From positions 3,264,001 to 3,328,000 of the forward strand of contig OZ244621.1 of NCBI GenBank assembly GCA_965218425.1: 64,000 bases of DNA, written 5' to 3'. A program made the translations under genes and the position numbers. The notes below the pieces were generated by a model. It had not been told where the DNA came from. It saw nothing but the letters and a program-made list of their open reading frames with translations, and did not search any database. Positions 50,068 through 60,106 of this stretch are shown one piece after another (the first letter of the stretch is position 1; each line of letters opens with the position of its first letter). Origin of the DNA: an uncultured Candidatus Binatia bacterium (GTDB lineage: Bacteria; Desulfobacterota; Binatia; UBA9968; CAXXLF01).

Positions 50068-51021
50068 TTAGGTATGTGAACCGTGACCAAAAGTGCTTTC
50101 GTAGTCCGGTCGGCGCTCCTCTGTCAAATATTGCTTTTCCAATTCTTTGATCTTGTCCATTTCAAGAAGCGGTGAGCTGTGGCGGGGAACCGCACCCCAG
50201 CGACTTGCCCTGCCTCGTTCAGCCCACTCCTGTAAGGCAACCGGTCCTCGTTCCTTGAACTCGTTCAGGAAATCCCACGTGGCCTGGAGACCAATGGAAG
50301 TGGTGAGGGCAGGGTAGAGGATGCCCGCTGCTCCCATGGCCTGGTACTCTTCATGGGTGGGGGACGGGGGTGGTCCGTAATAGGGAGCCAGCACTGGTGC
50401 GGGGATGCGCCGGCAGGCTTCTTTGATCTCTTCCCGGGTTCGTAGGGTGTTGACCCATACGGCGTCCACCTTTGCCTCCTTGACGTAGGCGATGCACCGT
50501 TCAATGGTTTCCCCAAAGGTTCCTCCCACGGTGCCAATGAGGTCGCATCGAGCAATGATGACAAAATCAGGGTCCAGTTCATTCCTTGCGGCTACGGCGG
50601 CCTTATACTTACCAATAGCTTCTTGCTTCGAGATACAACTACGACCTGCGGAGGTTCCGGATTTTTTAGGGGCCTCCTGATCTTCGATGTGAATTGCTGC
50701 GACTCCTGCCCGTATGAATTGCTGTACGGTGTAGTAAACGTTCACCGCGTTTCCATATCCGGTGTCGGCATCGGCAAAAATGGGAATACTGCAGCTTGAG
50801 GCTAGACGTCGACTGTTGTCCACCATGTCGTTGAGGGTGATGATTCCCACATCGGGAAGCCCGTGGACGAAGGCAGCGGTCTGGGACCCTGCCATAAAAA
50901 AGGCCTCAAAGCCGATCATTTGTGCCATCCTGGCATGCAGGGGACTAAATCCACCGGGAATAATGAGAAGTTCTTTTCCTCCGAGTCGTTCGCGAAATCG
51001 ACGGGCCATTTTTTCAGCCAT
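50068..51021 (-). CDS. Isocitrate lyase/PEP mutase family protein
   Basis: GLPDVG, ADADTGYG, IHIEDQ, IIARCD; RBS GAGGT before ATG 51021. Confidence 0.9.
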   Translation of the reverse strand: MAEKMARRFRERLGGKELLIIPGGFSPLHARMAQMIGFEAFFMAGSQTAAFVHGLPDVGIITLNDMVDNSRRLASSCSIPIFADADTGYGNAVNVYYTVQQFIRAGVAAIHIEDQEAPKKSGTSAGRSCISKQEAIGKYKAAVAARNELDPDFVIIARCDLIGTVGGTFGETIERCIAYVKEAKVDAVWVNTLRTREEIKEACRRIPAPVLAPYYGPPPSPTHEEYQAMGAAGILYPALTTSIGLQATWDFLNEFKERGPVALQEWAERGRASRWGAVPRHSSPLLEMDKIKELEKQYLTEERRPDYESTFGHGSHT

Positions 51022-51347
51022 GGGGACCTCACTTTCCATCTGATATCATGGGTTGCTTGAACTGAAGGGGAGGGTATCCGATATCGCTTTACTCTGTCAA
51101 CGAAACAGGGACTTTTGTGGTTCAAATCAGTTCCTGAGCCCCCAATTTTGAGCTTGGGAACAGATGACTCGGATCCCCCTTGCCAGGTTCACTCTAACAT
51201 ATTGGCTATTCCAAATATCTCGTTGTCTCTTCCGGTTGACATCTCAATGAGACTTTACTAAGTAGAAATTCTTCCTTGGCCCCACTCGGGGCAAAGGAAT
51301 CCCATCAGCTGGTATGCGAGACCGGCCATACATCGTTAGGAGGAACC

Positions 51348-52343
51348 ATGATCATCGATGCGCACAATCACGTTGTGGCGGGCAGGGAGTTGGGCGCCTA
51401 TCAGTCAGGGTTGTTGAACGGGCGCGGGTTTCACGGCAAAGGGAATCCGGGGATTACTGAGGATAGTATTGCACGAGCAAAATGGCAGGGTTACAAGCAT
51501 TCTGAAGTTTTGGATGAAGTGGGGACGGATATGGCTTTCATATCACCTCGGCCGTACACCATGATGCATTCCGAGAAACCAGAAAAGATCGTTCACTGGT
51601 ACTGTGAGGCGACCAATGACGCCATCGCCATCGCGGTGAAGCTGGAGCCTAAGCGGTTTAAAGGCATCGGAGGGCTTCCGCAGTGCGTGGGAGTGAGCCC
51701 CAGCAATACTTTTGACGAACTGAATCGTTGCGTTAAGGAGATGGGTTTCGTCGGAGTCATGATCAATCCGGATCCAGGAGAAGGAGATGGTTTGACGCCA
51801 GGGATGGGTGATGAATACTGGTATTCTCTCTATGAAAAGATGGTGGAGCTCGACGTGGCGGGACTGGTGCACCCGGCCAGTTGTCGCAACCCTCGTGAGT
51901 CCTTTCATGGTCACTTCATTACCGAGGAGTCCATCGCAATCCTGTCCCTCGCTCATTCGAAGGTGTTTGAAGATTTTCCTGAGCTCAAGCTAGTGATTTG
52001 TCACGGTGGAGGGTCCATACCCTACCAAGTAGGACGTTGGCGCTCACAGCTCCGGGGCCCCAACAACACCGAGACTTTCGACGAGCACCTCAAGAAACTC
52101 TATTTTGATACCGCACTTTACAACACTGAATCATTGGATTTGCTCTTCAAAATTGTTGGCCCGGATCGTTGCCTTTTTGGCACCGAGCGGCCGGGGGCAG
52201 GTTCAAAAATCAATCCGCGTACGGGGAAATGGTACGATGACGTGAAGCCTTTGATTGAAGGCATTTCGTTTTTAACTGCTGAGGATAGGGAGAAAATCTT
52301 TCATAAGAACGCAGAACAGGTGTTTGCGAAAGTAGGACTGTAA
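51348..52343 (+). CDS. Amidohydrolase_2 protein, 4-oxalomesaconate hydratase (LigJ)-like
   Basis: MIIDAHNH, ISPRP, INPDPG, HGGGSIPY..GR, FGTE..G...INPRTG..YDD; RBS AGGAGG. Confidence 0.8.
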   Translation: MIIDAHNHVVAGRELGAYQSGLLNGRGFHGKGNPGITEDSIARAKWQGYKHSEVLDEVGTDMAFISPRPYTMMHSEKPEKIVHWYCEATNDAIAIAVKLEPKRFKGIGGLPQCVGVSPSNTFDELNRCVKEMGFVGVMINPDPGEGDGLTPGMGDEYWYSLYEKMVELDVAGLVHPASCRNPRESFHGHFITEESIAILSLAHSKVFEDFPELKLVICHGGGSIPYQVGRWRSQLRGPNNTETFDEHLKKLYFDTALYNTESLDLLFKIVGPDRCLFGTERPGAGSKINPRTGKWYDDVKPLIEGISFLTAEDREKIFHKNAEQVFAKVGL

Positions 52344-53123
52344 CCACAGAATCGTCGCGGACCTGGCCCTCCCATTGAATCAAGATTGGGGAGAGGAGAT
52401 AGCCTGACACCTTCAGCGATGAACCTGGTCCATTGGTGCAATCCCATACGGGACGAGTTGGCGATTCCTCCGTGCTTGCAGCCTTCGGAGAAATGGACTT
52501 ACGCCTCGCCTGTCGCCATGTAGATAGCCTTAAGGGCAATCTAGGGATCGGCTGAGCCGCTTTCTCCGGTTCACGCGCGATCTCAGCGCAGGCCTCGCAT
52601 GCCTTTATATCCAGTACTTCGCTCAATACGTGGAAGCGGACCTACCTTTTGCTCCACAACTGTCCACGAAATAACTCCACCAGTGGCCAGCAGCCTTCTT
52701 TATATTTCTCAGTGGGGGTTATGAATGGGGCAGCAACGATTGGCGAGGATCCGAATGGACCCACATAAGACTTTGAAATTGAGGCTAACGCAGAGGGGAT
52801 GTCAGACGATTTTCTCAATCTGATTTCCCAGCCGCCGGTCAAGATCTCCCTCTGGTTGCTGTCAACTGCAGCAGCATTCGTTCCCGGAATGGCATTTTGC
52901 CGTTAGTCGACCCAGAAGAGCTTCGCTAGGCATAGATATTGCCTCATCAGGCAACCTATAAATTATTACTAAGGCTTCGCCGTTTTTTATGTCGTTTGGA
53001 TTCCACGGAGACTTTTGTGTCCAGAGGCCTCCAAGCAAAAGTCCTTCAATTCCAGCACACGGTGTGGCACGCTAGTTATTGTATACTTGTATCCATAGAG
53101 ATTGTTCGCTCGAGGAAGCAATT

Positions 53124-54155
53124 ATGGCTAATCGTAGGGGCATGAACCTTGGGAACCTGGAAAAAAAGATGGTTGAATGGCTGCAGTGGGGCAAGGGTGC
53201 TCCGAATGAGGACCTCTTGGCAGAAATAGCCCAGAGCGTCCTGAAGTTGGCGAAGGATGAAGCCAGTCGAGGTGATCTAAAGATTCTCAGTCGTTCACTC
53301 AAGGAACTCCGGTATGCCTTCAAAATCTTTGCACCTTACCGGTCGGTACGGAAAGTGAGCATATTCGGCTCCACCCGAGTCAAGGAAGATGATCCCTATT
53401 ATCATGCTGCCACAATTCTGGGTCACAGGCTGGCCGAAGAGGGTTTAATGGTGATCACGGGTGCAGGAGCGGGGATCATGCAAGCGGGTCATGAGGGAGC
53501 AGGAAGGGCGCAGAGTTTCGGGGTCAATATACTTCTTCCCTTCGGTCAGGAGGCGAACCGTTTTATCCGGGACGACCGCAAGTTGGTCACCTTCCACTTT
53601 TTCTTCACTCGAAAGTTGATCTTTGTAAAAGAGACGGACGCCGTAGTCTTTTTTCCCGGCGGTTTCGGCACCCAGGACGAGGCTTGGGAAACCCTCACAC
53701 TCGCGCAGACCGGCAAGAGCCAGATCGTTCCATTCCTTTTTGTGGACCTGCCAGGTCAAGGATACTGGCGGGAATGGGAAAATTTTGTCCGCAAGCGGAT
53801 GTTGCATCAAGGTTTTATTTCCGAACAGGACATGAGTCTCTATAAAATCGTTGAAGATGTTGAAATGGCGGTTCAGGAGATCAAAAACTTTTATCGGAAT
53901 TATCATTCCTACCGTTATGTGAATGGAAATTTGGTGCTCCGCATGGTTCATCCTCCCACGGATGAGCTCATTCAACGATTGAACAGCAATTTTAAAGACA
54001 TCCTCACCGAGGGTGAAATTAAAAGGACTGACTCCCTATCCGAGGAGTCAGATGACCCCGATACCCTACCGCTCCCTCGTCTGCTGGTCCCCTTTAGCCG
54101 CGTTGATTATGGTCGATTACGTCAAATGATCGACGTCATCAACGCCCAGTCTTGA
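53124..54155 (+). CDS. LOG family (TIGR00730-type) nucleotide phosphoribohydrolase
   Basis: VSIFGS, ITGAGAGIM, FFFTRK, PGGFGTQDE. Confidence 0.9.
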   Translation: MANRRGMNLGNLEKKMVEWLQWGKGAPNEDLLAEIAQSVLKLAKDEASRGDLKILSRSLKELRYAFKIFAPYRSVRKVSIFGSTRVKEDDPYYHAATILGHRLAEEGLMVITGAGAGIMQAGHEGAGRAQSFGVNILLPFGQEANRFIRDDRKLVTFHFFFTRKLIFVKETDAVVFFPGGFGTQDEAWETLTLAQTGKSQIVPFLFVDLPGQGYWREWENFVRKRMLHQGFISEQDMSLYKIVEDVEMAVQEIKNFYRNYHSYRYVNGNLVLRMVHPPTDELIQRLNSNFKDILTEGEIKRTDSLSEESDDPDTLPLPRLLVPFSRVDYGRLRQMIDVINAQS

Positions 54156-54266
54156 CACAGACCCAGGGTACAGTTATTGAGTGCGTTGGCGCTTAGAGCG
54201 TCCAGGGGATGGATTTGTCCTGAATGTCGGTGTAACCCGTCAGTATGGCAATGAAGGGAGAGGAAA

Positions 54267-56048
54267 ATGGCCAAGCCGGATCCCAGGAGCGAGAAGAAGC
54301 AAGCAGAATTCGGGTCGGATGTTGTTGTGGATTTGATGAAGTCGTTCGATATCGAGTATGCAGCGTTTATTCCAGGAGCGAGCTTCCGTGGAATTCATGA
54401 CTCCATCGTCAACTACGGTGGAAACTATAAGCCCGAGATTATCTTTTGTCACCACGAGGAAATTTCGGTGGCCGTTGCCCACGGATACGCCAAGGCCAAG
54501 GGAAAACCCATGGTGGCCATCGTTCACAATATCGTCGGCCTACAGCATGCAACCATGGCAATCTTCAACGCCTGGTGTGACAGGGTGCCGGTCATCGTAC
54601 TCGGCGGGGCGGGTCCAATGGCCGCAAATCGACGACGCCCCTGGATCGACTGGATTCACACGGCCCAGGTTCAGGGGACGCAGATTCGCGAATACGTGAA
54701 ATGGGATGATCAGCCTACGAATTTGGCTAGCGTCCCGGAATCCTTCATTCGTGGTTACCGGATTGCAACCACGGAACCCATGGCGCCGGTTTACATCAGC
54801 TACGATGCGGATCTACAGGAGGATAAAATTCGAGAAAGCATCGAGGTCCCAGACGTTACCCGGTTTGCTCCCTCGGCACCCATCCAGGCGGGTCACGAAC
54901 CCCTGGATCGGGCGGCGGGGCTTCTGGTTGATGCCCAATCACCCCTGATCGTGGCAGACGCCCTTGGGCGTAATCCCAATACCGTCAACCATTTGGTGGA
55001 ATTGGCCGAACTTCTGGCCATTCCCGTCATCGATAAGGGGCGCCGATTCAATTTTCCGAACAATAATCCCTTGGATGTGACGGGTGCGGCGCAGGAACTC
55101 ATCAAAAAGGCGGACGTGGTGCTGGGGCTGGATGTATTGGACTTTTATGGTTCCCTAACCACCATCGATCGAACCACCCGTGTGAGCTCTCCGGTGACCT
55201 CGCCTTCCGTCAAGGTCATTGATATTTCCTTGAGGGATATGCTGGTGCGTAGCTGGGCCGCCGATTACCAGCCTTTACAGGAGGTGGATGTCCCCGTAAG
55301 CGCGGATACCTCGGTGGCGGTGCCGGAGTTGACGAAGCTATGCCGCGAGAGGATGGCAAATGGAGGTAACGTTAAGGAACGAGTAGAAGCTCGGTTCAAC
55401 GAGATCAAAAAGATTCACGATCAATCCAGGGCAAGGTGGTTGGAACAGGCGCGTGCCACAGCCAGTCAAAACGAGATTGCCGTTGCTTTCCTCGCCCACG
55501 AGCTTGGCGAGGTGATCAAGAACGAAGACTGGATCTTGGTCAACGGCAATCTCAACGGATGGGCGCGTAGGCTTTGGGACTGGACCAAACCTAACCAGTA
55601 TCTGGGACCCAGTGGTGGGGCGGGACTGGGTTATGGCATGGGGGCTGCTGTTGGGGCCGCTTTAGCGCACCTTGGTAGTGGAAGGATTTGCGTGAACGTC
55701 CAGGCCGATGGTGACCTCATGATGACACCGAGTGCCCTTTGGACTGCAGCTCATCATAAGATCCCGCTGTTAACGGTCATGTACAATAACCAGTCCTATT
55801 ACAACTCTGAAGATCATGCCATCAGTATGGCGAAGTCTCGGGGCCGGGCGCTGGAAAATGCGGGCATTGGAACCCACGTGGACAATCCGCCAGTTGGATT
55901 TGCGAAGATGGCAGAGTCTTTTGGCGTCCATGGTGAGGGTCCAGTGTTGCGACCGGGGGATCTCCGGCCGGCGCTGGAGAGGGTCCTCAAGGTTGTGAAG
56001 GAGAGAAAACTCCCAGCTTTGCTGGACGTAATATCAGAGGCTCGATGA
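54267..56048 (+). CDS. Thiamine-pyrophosphate-dependent enzyme (acetolactate synthase-like superfamily)
   Basis: PGASFRG, catalytic HEE, AHGYA, TPP motif ADGD-x-YNN. Confidence 0.9.
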   Translation: MAKPDPRSEKKQAEFGSDVVVDLMKSFDIEYAAFIPGASFRGIHDSIVNYGGNYKPEIIFCHHEEISVAVAHGYAKAKGKPMVAIVHNIVGLQHATMAIFNAWCDRVPVIVLGGAGPMAANRRRPWIDWIHTAQVQGTQIREYVKWDDQPTNLASVPESFIRGYRIATTEPMAPVYISYDADLQEDKIRESIEVPDVTRFAPSAPIQAGHEPLDRAAGLLVDAQSPLIVADALGRNPNTVNHLVELAELLAIPVIDKGRRFNFPNNNPLDVTGAAQELIKKADVVLGLDVLDFYGSLTTIDRTTRVSSPVTSPSVKVIDISLRDMLVRSWAADYQPLQEVDVPVSADTSVAVPELTKLCRERMANGGNVKERVEARFNEIKKIHDQSRARWLEQARATASQNEIAVAFLAHELGEVIKNEDWILVNGNLNGWARRLWDWTKPNQYLGPSGGAGLGYGMGAAVGAALAHLGSGRICVNVQADGDLMMTPSALWTAAHHKIPLLTVMYNNQSYYNSEDHAISMAKSRGRALENAGIGTHVDNPPVGFAKMAESFGVHGEGPVLRPGDLRPALERVLKVVKERKLPALLDVISEAR

Positions 56049-56090
56049 TATCACCCCTAAAGCTGGCTGAATCAGTGTGCGGGGGGTGGG

Positions 56091-58340
56091 CTACGCCTTG
56101 ATACTAGGGGATCGAGTTGCCGCTCTGAAGTTGAAGGCAAAGGACATGGTCAACCTCAAATCCTTCCAAAGGGCGGTACAGAGCAAACCTGGGCGAATCT
56201 GCCAAAATCTGAGTTTCCTTACGTTCTGCACTGTTTTTCCCCAAAACCTCTGTACGTCTTGCCTGGAATAGAAGGCTTGATTGCTTAAGGCATCAAAGCT
56301 CACATGGGGAAGCCGTAATTTAGAGGGGAAACCGCGCTTGAGGCGAGAATAGTGCTCCTGCCATTCACGTATTCGGTTTCCCGGTTTGATGCTCTCGTGA
56401 AGCCGGCTCAGCTCGTCTAACCACCTCTGGACCGACTCTCCCTCTACGCCGAGGCCGTGACGGAGTTCCCGAACCTTCACCTGGACCTTTCCCCATTGCT
56501 TGAGAAAGCGGTTCAGGTCTTTTCGGGTCAGCAGGATTTTGGTGGATAACTCTTCAAAGGGGTCCAGTAGGGCCTTGGCCTTGGCGGGAAGTGCTTCCTT
56601 GGCGTTGCCGTAGGTTTTGCGCCATTCATGGATCCTTAGGGTTTGCCAAATCTCCCCCTGGATCTTTTGTATCTCTTCCAGCCATCTCTCTTCCACCTCG
56701 CTCTTCCTACGGGTCTGGAGCCAGATGTCCTCCATCTCCTTGAGGAGGCGTGCCCAGGCCACGAAGAGACGGTAGATCTCTTTCGTCCGTTTCCATAAAT
56801 GGACCGGCAACGGGTCGATGGCAAAACCGGGTCTGCGAGTGGTACGGTCCTTCATAATGAAGAAACCGGCGATCATGGGGTGCTGCTTTTCGATGAGGGC
56901 GGCATTTTTGTACCAGAATAGATTGGACATGGTGGCCCAGTAAACATGCGGGTTGTGGCTCCAGCGGGAGAGAATGCGGATGAGATTTTCCTTGCCATAG
57001 AAAGCCTTCCAAGCATCCTGGTACGCCTGAGTCCATTCTTCCGCCGACATTCGCGGATGTTTTATGGTGGCGTGGAAGGAGTCTCGCTTGTTAAAGTCAG
57101 GATCCATCCAATCTCCGCGTTTTTTCATCTCCTTATGGTCTTGGGAACCGGGCAGAGGCGTCATCATAAAAAATGATGCCATATCCGGCTGGAGGGTCTC
57201 GGTGAGGTACTGGATGTCCTTAGTGGTTTGCTCTCTCGTGTCATGGGGTAGGCCGATGATGTAGCCCGTATGGACCGAGACGTCCACGTCGTGCCACTCC
57301 TTGACGATGTCAGCGTATTGTCGGACATCGTTCTGGGCCTTGCCCTCGGCCTTCAAATTCTCGGGATTGACGCTCTCCATCCCGATGAATACATGGGAAC
57401 AGCCCGCCTCGGCGGCCAGTCGAACAAAGTCCTTTGGCTTGCGCGCCAGGTCCACCTGCATGAGAAAGTCAATTTCGATGCCTTCCTCTTCGCGGAGCCG
57501 AATCAGGGCCTCAAAGGTCTCGCGCCAATATCTCTTTCGGGCGAAATTGTCATCTGTGAAAAAGTAAAAATGGACCTTATGCTCGAGGTAGTTTCTACGC
57601 ACAATTTCAGCGACGCTTTCGGGACTCCGCTCTCGCATCTTGCGACCCTGGACATTGATAATGGTGCAAAAGCTACAGGCAAAAGGGCAGCCGCGGGAGG
57701 TATCCATGGTGCCGAAGGTAGAGTAGGCAAAGTGCTTCATGGTCTTATGGCTTATCACTGGTGCGGGCGCATCCCCCAGGTCCACGAGGTTTTGCAGGTC
57801 CTGGGCATAGGAATAAATCGGTTTCAGTTCTCCCCTTAGAGCGTCCGCTAGAATATCCTCCCATCTCCCTTCCACCTCACCGGATACTATGGAAATGGAT
57901 TCGCCAATCACTTCTTGAATGTCCGGCTCCTGCTCGCTGAGCATGTTGATGGTTCCGCTGGTATGGAAACCACCCATGATAACATCGATCCCCGCCCCCC
58001 GGAGTTGCCGGCCCAATTCCAATGCCCTGGGGAACTGGTTGGTTTGAACCCCCACCAATCCCACCACTAGTTTGGTTTCAGGCTCTCGGCTCCAGCGAAT
58101 GATTTTCTTTAAGGGAATCTTTTGAGTAGTTTCGTCGAAGGTGGCTATCTCAATCTTGAGATCGCCAAAGATGCGTCTACTCTTCACGTCTTCGGTGAGA
58201 CCGTTGAGGACGCTCAGGGTGTTGCTAGGAAGGACTCCCTTCCAAAATCGAATGATGTAACCCTCGTCGTCGTACTTCGATGGTTTAATGAGGACGACTC
58301 TTAATTTTTTGTAATGGTTTTGTATCATGGAATTAACCAC
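56091..58340 (-). CDS. B12-binding-domain radical SAM protein with long C-terminal extension
   Basis: N-terminal VIMGGFH, SRGCPFACSFC, FTDDNF, IGMES, YIIGLP.DT, TPLPG. Confidence 0.9.
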   Translation of the reverse strand: MVNSMIQNHYKKLRVVLIKPSKYDDEGYIIRFWKGVLPSNTLSVLNGLTEDVKSRRIFGDLKIEIATFDETTQKIPLKKIIRWSREPETKLVVGLVGVQTNQFPRALELGRQLRGAGIDVIMGGFHTSGTINMLSEQEPDIQEVIGESISIVSGEVEGRWEDILADALRGELKPIYSYAQDLQNLVDLGDAPAPVISHKTMKHFAYSTFGTMDTSRGCPFACSFCTIINVQGRKMRERSPESVAEIVRRNYLEHKVHFYFFTDDNFARKRYWRETFEALIRLREEEGIEIDFLMQVDLARKPKDFVRLAAEAGCSHVFIGMESVNPENLKAEGKAQNDVRQYADIVKEWHDVDVSVHTGYIIGLPHDTREQTTKDIQYLTETLQPDMASFFMMTPLPGSQDHKEMKKRGDWMDPDFNKRDSFHATIKHPRMSAEEWTQAYQDAWKAFYGKENLIRILSRWSHNPHVYWATMSNLFWYKNAALIEKQHPMIAGFFIMKDRTTRRPGFAIDPLPVHLWKRTKEIYRLFVAWARLLKEMEDIWLQTRRKSEVEERWLEEIQKIQGEIWQTLRIHEWRKTYGNAKEALPAKAKALLDPFEELSTKILLTRKDLNRFLKQWGKVQVKVRELRHGLGVEGESVQRWLDELSRLHESIKPGNRIREWQEHYSRLKRGFPSKLRLPHVSFDALSNQAFYSRQDVQRFWGKTVQNVRKLRFWQIRPGLLCTALWKDLRLTMSFAFNFRAATRSPSIKA

Positions 58341-58505
58341 AGCGGGTTCTTAACTGCACTTAATTCCCCGCTTGTAAGTTGTGACAACTTTCCTTATATA
58401 TACAGGTTGGACACAAAAGTAGAGCTTAAAAAAACAGTACCAATTCCCTACTTTCATGTCAAGCTCATTTCTGCAACGGACTCTCTCCCCTAGCAGCCCT
58501 GTTCA

Positions 58506-59192
58506 ATGATCCAACTCTTTCGTGTCTCCAAGGTCTATCCTCCCGACTATGCTGCCCTCACCGACATTCAGCTTCAGGTGGAAAAGGGGGAGTTTGTTTT
58601 CCTTAGCGGACCCAGTGGAGCGGGGAAAACTACTCTTTTAAAGCTTCTCTTTCGGGCGGAGGAGGCCGCCGGGGGGCAGATCATTGTTAGTGGCCGTAAT
58701 ATCACACGGCTAAAGGGAGCAGGTCTCGCCCGACTGAGACGAGAAATCGGGTTGGTCTTTCAAGATTTCAAGCTCATCCCTTATATGACTGCCCTGGAGA
58801 ACGTGGCGTTGGCCGCCGAGGTCATCGGGAAATCGAGACGGGAGAGCAGGAGTAAAGCATTCCATTTGCTTCGGGAGCTGGGGTTAAAGGACAGATACGA
58901 TACTTTCCCGCAGGCTCTTTCGGGCGGAGAACAGCAGAGGGTCGCCATCGCCCGCGCTCTGGTGAATGATCCGCCATTGGTCTTGGCCGATGAGCCCACC
59001 GGCAACCTGGACCCGGAAATGGCCGAGGAGATCATCCGCCTCTTTCTTAGGATTCAAGAAAAACAGACCACCATTTTAATTGCCACTCACGACACACGAT
59101 TGATGAAGCAGTTTAAGCAGCGGGTGGTTTTGCTCCAGCGGGGACGAATCATGGAGGATTCCGATTTGGTGGAGCCGGAGCACGCCCCGTGA
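58506..59192 (+). CDS. ftsE: Cell division ATP-binding protein FtsE
   Basis: [33 protein letters not shown]; overlaps ftsX. Confidence 0.95.
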   Translation: MIQLFRVSKVYPPDYAALTDIQLQVEKGEFVFLSGPSGAGKTTLLKLLFRAEEAAGGQIIVSGRNITRLKGAGLARLRREIGLVFQDFKLIPYMTALENVALAAEVIGKSRRESRSKAFHLLRELGLKDRYDTFPQALSGGEQQRVAIARALVNDPPLVLADEPTGNLDPEMAEEIIRLFLRIQEKQTTILIATHDTRLMKQFKQRVVLLQRGRIMEDSDLVEPEHAP

Positions 59193-60106
59193 CGCTATCA
59201 CAGGCCTCTTTTGTATTGCGGCGAGTCTTCGGGAGCCTGAAAGATTTATTCTGGACCCATTTTTTGACATCCGGGACCATGGCCATGACTCTGTTCGTCT
59301 TTGGCGGCTTCCTCCTCCTGCAGGAAAATCTCTCACGGCTCTTTAGCGGGTGGAGTAATCAACTCCAGATATTCGCCTACCTGGAGGAAGGTGTTAAGGA
59401 TTCGGAACTGCAATCGGTTCGAAGGCGACTGAAGTCCTATCCGGAGGTGGAAAGTATACGGTACGTTTCAAAAAAGGAGGCTTGGGAAAACTTTAAAAGG
59501 GATCTAGGGGCTCAATCCGGTGTGCTGGAAGGATTGGAGGATGGGCTGCTGCCGTCCTCCATGGAAATCACCCTGCGAACCCAATACCGAGATCGGCCAC
59601 AGGTAGAATTTTTGGCCAATCGCCTCAGGGCAGAGAAGGGCATCGGCGCCGTGGAATATCCTGAGGAGTGGATTGAGAAGCTAAGCATCCTGTTACTGGC
59701 AGTTCAGTGGGCGAAATGGATCTTTGGGGGGTTTCTCTTTATGGCTTCTCTTTTGATTGTGGGGAGCACGGTGAAGCTGGCCATCATGGCACGCAAGGAG
59801 GAGATTGAAATTATGCAGCTAGTGGGAGCTTCACAGGGAATGATCAAGGCACCTTTCGTCATCGAAGGTATGATCCAGGGTATGGTGGGTGCCTCCTTCT
59901 CGATCCTCTTTCTCTGGTTGCTTCTTCTGGTTCTCGGAGCACGCCTTCCGTCCTCTTTGGGGATTTTCCTGCCAACGGGGCAGCTTCATTTCCTGGATCC
60001 GTGGCACGTGGTTTACCTCTTGTCGCTGGGGTGGGTATTGGGGGCCGTGGGAACTCTGTTTTCTCTGTGGAGGCTCCAAAAACATGAAAAGGCTCCGCCA
60101 AATTAG
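59189..60106 (+). CDS. ftsX: Cell division permease FtsX
   Basis: Four TM helices, large periplasmic loop, RKEEIEIMQLVGA...PFVIEG. Confidence 0.93.
   Translation: MTLSQASFVLRRVFGSLKDLFWTHFLTSGTMAMTLFVFGGFLLLQENLSRLFSGWSNQLQIFAYLEEGVKDSELQSVRRRLKSYPEVESIRYVSKKEAWENFKRDLGAQSGVLEGLEDGLLPSSMEITLRTQYRDRPQVEFLANRLRAEKGIGAVEYPEEWIEKLSILLLAVQWAKWIFGGFLFMASLLIVGSTVKLAIMARKEEIEIMQLVGASQGMIKAPFVIEGMIQGMVGASFSILFLWLLLLVLGARLPSSLGIFLPTGQLHFLDPWHVVYLLSLGWVLGAVGTLFSLWRLQKHEKAPPN

Noticed and set aside
52344..53078. ORFs 52210-52626 and 52642-52842 (-)
   Set aside because: No motif or RBS recognised; possibly decayed coding DNA.
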